A stretch of DNA of 64,000 nt from Pseudomonadales bacterium (lineage in GTDB: Bacteria; Pseudomonadota; Gammaproteobacteria; Pseudomonadales; Azotimanducaceae), in NCBI GenBank assembly GCA_022827245.1, contig JAJDTI010000076.1:13198-77197 (forward strand), given 5' to 3'. The notes beneath the pieces are model-generated. The model was given only the letters and a program-made list of their open reading frames with translations, ran no database searches and was not told the origin of the DNA. The position numbers and the translations under genes were made by a program. Each line of letters opens with the position of its first letter. Positions within the stretch are counted from its first letter, which is position 1. Shown here in pieces: positions 60,797 to 64,000 of the stretch.

Positions 60797-62070
60797 TGGC
60801 CGAGTCGAACGCCCCCGCACCCGGACGCCTGACCGGACCCCTGAGACGTTTAGTGGCGTGGCTCGACGAGCGCATGCCGCTCACCGAGACGATCGAGTAC
60901 CACGCGACGAAGTACTACGCTCCGAAGAACTTCAACTTCTGGTACTACTTCGGCGTCCTCGCCCTCGTCGTGTTCGCCATCCAGATTCTCTCGGGGATCT
61001 GGCTCACGATGTCCTACGTCCCGAGCGGCGACGGGGCGTTCGCTTCCGTCGAGTACATCATGCGCGACGTGGAGTACGGCTGGCTGATCCGTTACCTGCA
61101 CTCCACCGGCGCGTCCGCGTTCTTCCTGGTCATCTACCTGCACATGTTCCGCGCCCTGGCGTACGGCTCGTACCGCGCGCCGAGGGAGCTGCTCTGGCTG
61201 ATCGGCATGGCGATCTACCTCGTGATGATGGCGGAAGGGTTCTTCGGTTACGTGCTGACGTGGGGGAACATGTCGTTCTGGGCCGCGCAGGTGATCGTCT
61301 CCCTGGCCGGCGCCATCCCCTTCGTGGGGCCCGAACTCATGGAGTGGATCCGCGGCGACTACGGCATGTCCGAGATCACCCTGAACCGGTTCTTCGCCCT
61401 GCACGTCGTGGCGCTGCCGCTCGCCCTGGCCGGCCTGGTGTTCCTGCACATGGTGGCCCTGCACCACGTCGGCTCGAACAACCCGGAAGGCGTGGACATC
61501 AAGAAGCACAAGGACCCGCAGGGCGTGCCCCTCGACGGCATCCCCTTCCACCCGTACTACACCGTGCACGACTTCATGGCCACGGTCGCGTTCCTGATCC
61601 TGTTCTGCGCCATCGTGTTCTTCGCGCCGGAGATGTTCGGGTACTTCATCGAGAAGCCGAACTTCGAGGAGGCCGACCCGCTCAAGACGCCCGAGCACAT
61701 CGCGCCGGTCTGGTACTACACGCCGTTCTACGCGATGCTGCGGGCGACGACGTTCCCCCTGTTCGGCCTGTCCGCCAAGTTCTGGGGCCTGATCGTCATG
61801 GCCGCAGCCATCGTGATTCCGGCCATCCTCCCCTGGCTCGACCGCGGCAAGGTCAAGTCCATCCGTTACAAGGGCCTGCTGTCCCGCCTCATGCTCGCCA
61901 TGCTCGTCGTCAGTTTCGTCGTGCTCGGCTACCTCGGCACGATCCCGCCGTCACCCACGGCCACGGCGGCGGCGCAGGTCTTCACCGTGCTCTACTTCGC
62001 CTACTTCCTGCTGATGCCGTGGTACTCGCGGGTCGACCGGACGAGGCCCGTACCGGACCGCATACCGTGA
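60796..62070 (+). CDS. petB: Cytochrome b
   Basis: 424 aa. 'NFNFWYYFGVLALVVFAIQILSGIWL', 'RYLHSTGASAFF'. Confidence 0.96.
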   Translation: MAESNAPAPGRLTGPLRRLVAWLDERMPLTETIEYHATKYYAPKNFNFWYYFGVLALVVFAIQILSGIWLTMSYVPSGDGAFASVEYIMRDVEYGWLIRYLHSTGASAFFLVIYLHMFRALAYGSYRAPRELLWLIGMAIYLVMMAEGFFGYVLTWGNMSFWAAQVIVSLAGAIPFVGPELMEWIRGDYGMSEITLNRFFALHVVALPLALAGLVFLHMVALHHVGSNNPEGVDIKKHKDPQGVPLDGIPFHPYYTVHDFMATVAFLILFCAIVFFAPEMFGYFIEKPNFEEADPLKTPEHIAPVWYYTPFYAMLRATTFPLFGLSAKFWGLIVMAAAIVIPAILPWLDRGKVKSIRYKGLLSRLMLAMLVVSFVVLGYLGTIPPSPTATAAAQVFTVLYFAYFLLMPWYSRVDRTRPVPDRIP

Positions 62071-62834
62071 CGGCACGAATTCTCGTACTCCTCGTTGCCC
62101 TGGCCGGCCTGCCGGCCGCGGCCGCCACGACGGACTGGCCGATGCAGTCCATGGAGCCGGACCTGCACGACAAGCCGTCCCTCCAGCGGGGGCTTGGCCT
62201 GTACGTCAACTACTGCCTGGCGTGCCACTCCCTGAGGTTCCAGCGCTACGAGCGCACGGCGGACGACCTCGGCATCCCGCACGAGCTGTTTCTCGAGAAC
62301 CTGGTGTTCACGGGGCAGAAGATCGGCGGTCTGATGGCGACGTCGATGCCCGAAGAAGAGGCCAAGGCGTGGTTCGGGGCCCGCCCGCCCGATCTCACCA
62401 TGGTCGCGCGCGTGCGGGGCGAGGAGTGGCTCTACAACTACCTGAAGACCTTCTACCTCGATCCCACGCGACCGTTCGGGGTGAACAACAAGGTGTTCGA
62501 GAACGTCGGCATGCCCCACGTCATGATGGACCTGCAGGGCGTGCAGCGGGAGGTATGCAGGGGGTTCAAGCCCGTCGACCTGCTTGACGGCGAATCGGTC
62601 ATCGTTGCCGAACCCGAGCCGCACTGCTTCCTCGAGGTAGAGGAAGGCTCCGGCAGCTTCAGCGCCGGCGAGTTCGACGACGCGGTGTACGACCTCGTCA
62701 ACTTCCTGTACTACGTGGGCGAACCGACACGCCTCGAACGGGAGCGACTGGGCGTCTACGTCCTGCTCTTCCTGGGGCTGCTGTTCGTCTTCGCGTACCT
62801 GCTGAACCGCGAATACTGGAAGGACGTCCACTGA
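62067..62834 (+). CDS. petC: Cytochrome c1
   Basis: GTG at 62067 (GTGA overlap with the petB stop). Signal peptide, heme motif 'CLACHS', 'PPDLTMV', and a C-terminal TM anchor. 255 aa. Confidence 0.92.
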   Translation: MTARILVLLVALAGLPAAAATTDWPMQSMEPDLHDKPSLQRGLGLYVNYCLACHSLRFQRYERTADDLGIPHELFLENLVFTGQKIGGLMATSMPEEEAKAWFGARPPDLTMVARVRGEEWLYNYLKTFYLDPTRPFGVNNKVFENVGMPHVMMDLQGVQREVCRGFKPVDLLDGESVIVAEPEPHCFLEVEEGSGSFSAGEFDDAVYDLVNFLYYVGEPTRLERERLGVYVLLFLGLLFVFAYLLNREYWKDVH

Positions 62835-62851
62835 TCCTGCGCGAGGTGCCA

Positions 62852-63484
62852 ATGAGCGTCCTGACCAGGCGAGGCTCGATGACCCTGTTCTCGGACCCTG
62901 CGGACCACCAGAGCCACCGGGTTCGGATGGTCGTGGCCGAAAAGGGCATCAACGTCGACATAGTCGACGTGGACCCGCGCCACAAGCCGCAGGAACTGGG
63001 GCAGATCAACCCCTACAACACCCTGCCGACCCTCCTCGACCGCGAACTCGTGCTCTACGAGAGCACGGTGATCATGGAGTACCTCGACGAGCGCTTTCCG
63101 CACCCGCCCCTGCTGGCGGTGTACCCGGTCGCCCGGGCGCAGAGCAGGCTCCTCATGCACCGCATCGAGAAGGACTGGAGCCGCCGCGTCAACCTGCTGA
63201 TGGCCGGCCGCGGACGCGCCGAGTCCCTGAACAAGGCCCGGAAGGAGCTGGGCGAGAGCCTTCTCGCGGTCGCCCCGGTCTTCGCGAGCCAGCCGTTCTT
63301 CATGAGCGACGAGTTCACCCTCGTCGACTGCTGCGTGGCGCCCATCCTCTGGCGGCTCCGGGCGATGGACGTCAAGCTGCCCGAACGTTCCACGCGCGCC
63401 ATGCGCCAGTACATGCGCCGCATCGTGGAGCGCGAGTCGTTTCGGCGGAGCCTTACCGAGGCCGAAGTCGAGATGCGGGAGTGA
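62852..63484 (+). CDS. sspA: Stringent starvation protein A
   Basis: ATG at 62852 preceded by GAGGTG (the track ORF begins at GTG 62846). GST fold: 'MTLFSDPADHQSHRVRMVVAEKGI'. Confidence 0.92.
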   Translation: MSVLTRRGSMTLFSDPADHQSHRVRMVVAEKGINVDIVDVDPRHKPQELGQINPYNTLPTLLDRELVLYESTVIMEYLDERFPHPPLLAVYPVARAQSRLLMHRIEKDWSRRVNLLMAGRGRAESLNKARKELGESLLAVAPVFASQPFFMSDEFTLVDCCVAPILWRLRAMDVKLPERSTRAMRQYMRRIVERESFRRSLTEAEVEMRE

Positions 63485-63485
63485 C

Positions 63486-63920
63486 GTGGGCTCCCCCCGG
63501 CCGTACCTGATACGCGCGCTGATCGACTGGATCGTCGACAACGACTGGACCCCGCACCTGCTGATCGCCGCCGACGCCGAGGGCGTCGCCGTCCCGCGTG
63601 ACCACGTCAAGGACGACCGCATCGTCCTGAACGTCGCGGCCCGGGCCGTGCGCGGTTTCGTGTGCAGCGACGAGGCGGTGTCCTTCGACTCCCGTTTCGG
63701 CGGCCGCGCGTTCCACGTGGTGGTGCCCCTGGAGGCCGTCCTCGCGGTGTACGCCCGCGAGAGCGGAGCGGGCCTGGCCTTCCAGGGCAGCAACGTCGCG
63801 GGCAGCTTCCCGAGCCCCGAGACCGGGACCGATACCGGTCCCGGGCCGGTCGACGACACGACGCCTCCAGATCGTCCCGGCGGCGCCAGGGGGAAGCCGA
63901 AGCTCACGCTCGTCGACTGA
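63486..63920 (+). CDS. sspB: ClpXP adaptor SspB
   Basis: 144 aa. 'RPYLIRALIDWIVDNDWTPHLL' and C-terminal 'KPKLTLVD' ClpX-binding-like tail. Confidence 0.9.
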   Translation: MGSPRPYLIRALIDWIVDNDWTPHLLIAADAEGVAVPRDHVKDDRIVLNVAARAVRGFVCSDEAVSFDSRFGGRAFHVVVPLEAVLAVYARESGAGLAFQGSNVAGSFPSPETGTDTGPGPVDDTTPPDRPGGARGKPKLTLVD

Positions 63921-64000
63921 GCCCGCCGGCCGGGAACAACGGGACCGGCCGGGGGCGCCAGTACGCGGTCAGCCGCCGGCGTCCAGGTACTCGAAGGCCT

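Overview
64 kb of very GC-rich bacterial chromosome. Gene order in the right two thirds (gatCAB <> mreBCD-maf-yhdP-tldD, pmbA/yjgA, mgtE, yrbG-kdsC-lptCAB-rpoN-hpf-ptsN-rapZ-npr, ibaG-murA-hisD, zapE, rplM-rpsI-petABC-sspAB) is the conserved core layout of a gammaproteobacterium; this placement is inferred from synteny, no search was run. The left third (about 1-24.7 kb) is accessory. It holds a MalT/LuxR-type STAND regulator broken by one in-frame TGA, an NCS2 permease with an extra C-terminal domain, and a mosaic ABC-transporter-dependent (Wzm/Wzt plus WaaL) O-polysaccharide locus. An IS3-family transposase scar splits that locus into a high-GC half (waaL, GT4, manC, rfbA, GT4, wzm, wzt) and a visibly less GC-rich half (methyltransferase, LicD, sulfotransferase-like gene, rfbD, atypical SDR, rfbC, GT4). 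The second half ends in a 1131-aa fusion protein (sulfotransferase domain, tandem-repeat coiled coil, RgpF-like glycosyltransferase domain) followed by a stand-alone cysC. Main hypothesis: a sulfate-modifying, possibly sulfate-capping, coiled-coil 'molecular ruler' O-antigen system with its own PAPS supply. In support, the kinase-like domain of the nearby CysN-CysC fusion deviates at canonical catalytic motifs. Other points: RapZ reduced to its C-terminal domain only; a 245-bp element with perfect 21-bp terminal inverted repeats that supplies the stop codons of both flanking genes; a homodimer-type GlyRS translationally coupled to gcvR. No rRNA, tRNA or CRISPR was seen. Most of the long ORFs in the track are off-frame or antisense artefacts of high GC. 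Coordinates of starts inside longer track ORFs were derived by hand from the sequence. All functional calls rest on motif recognition, not on database searches.
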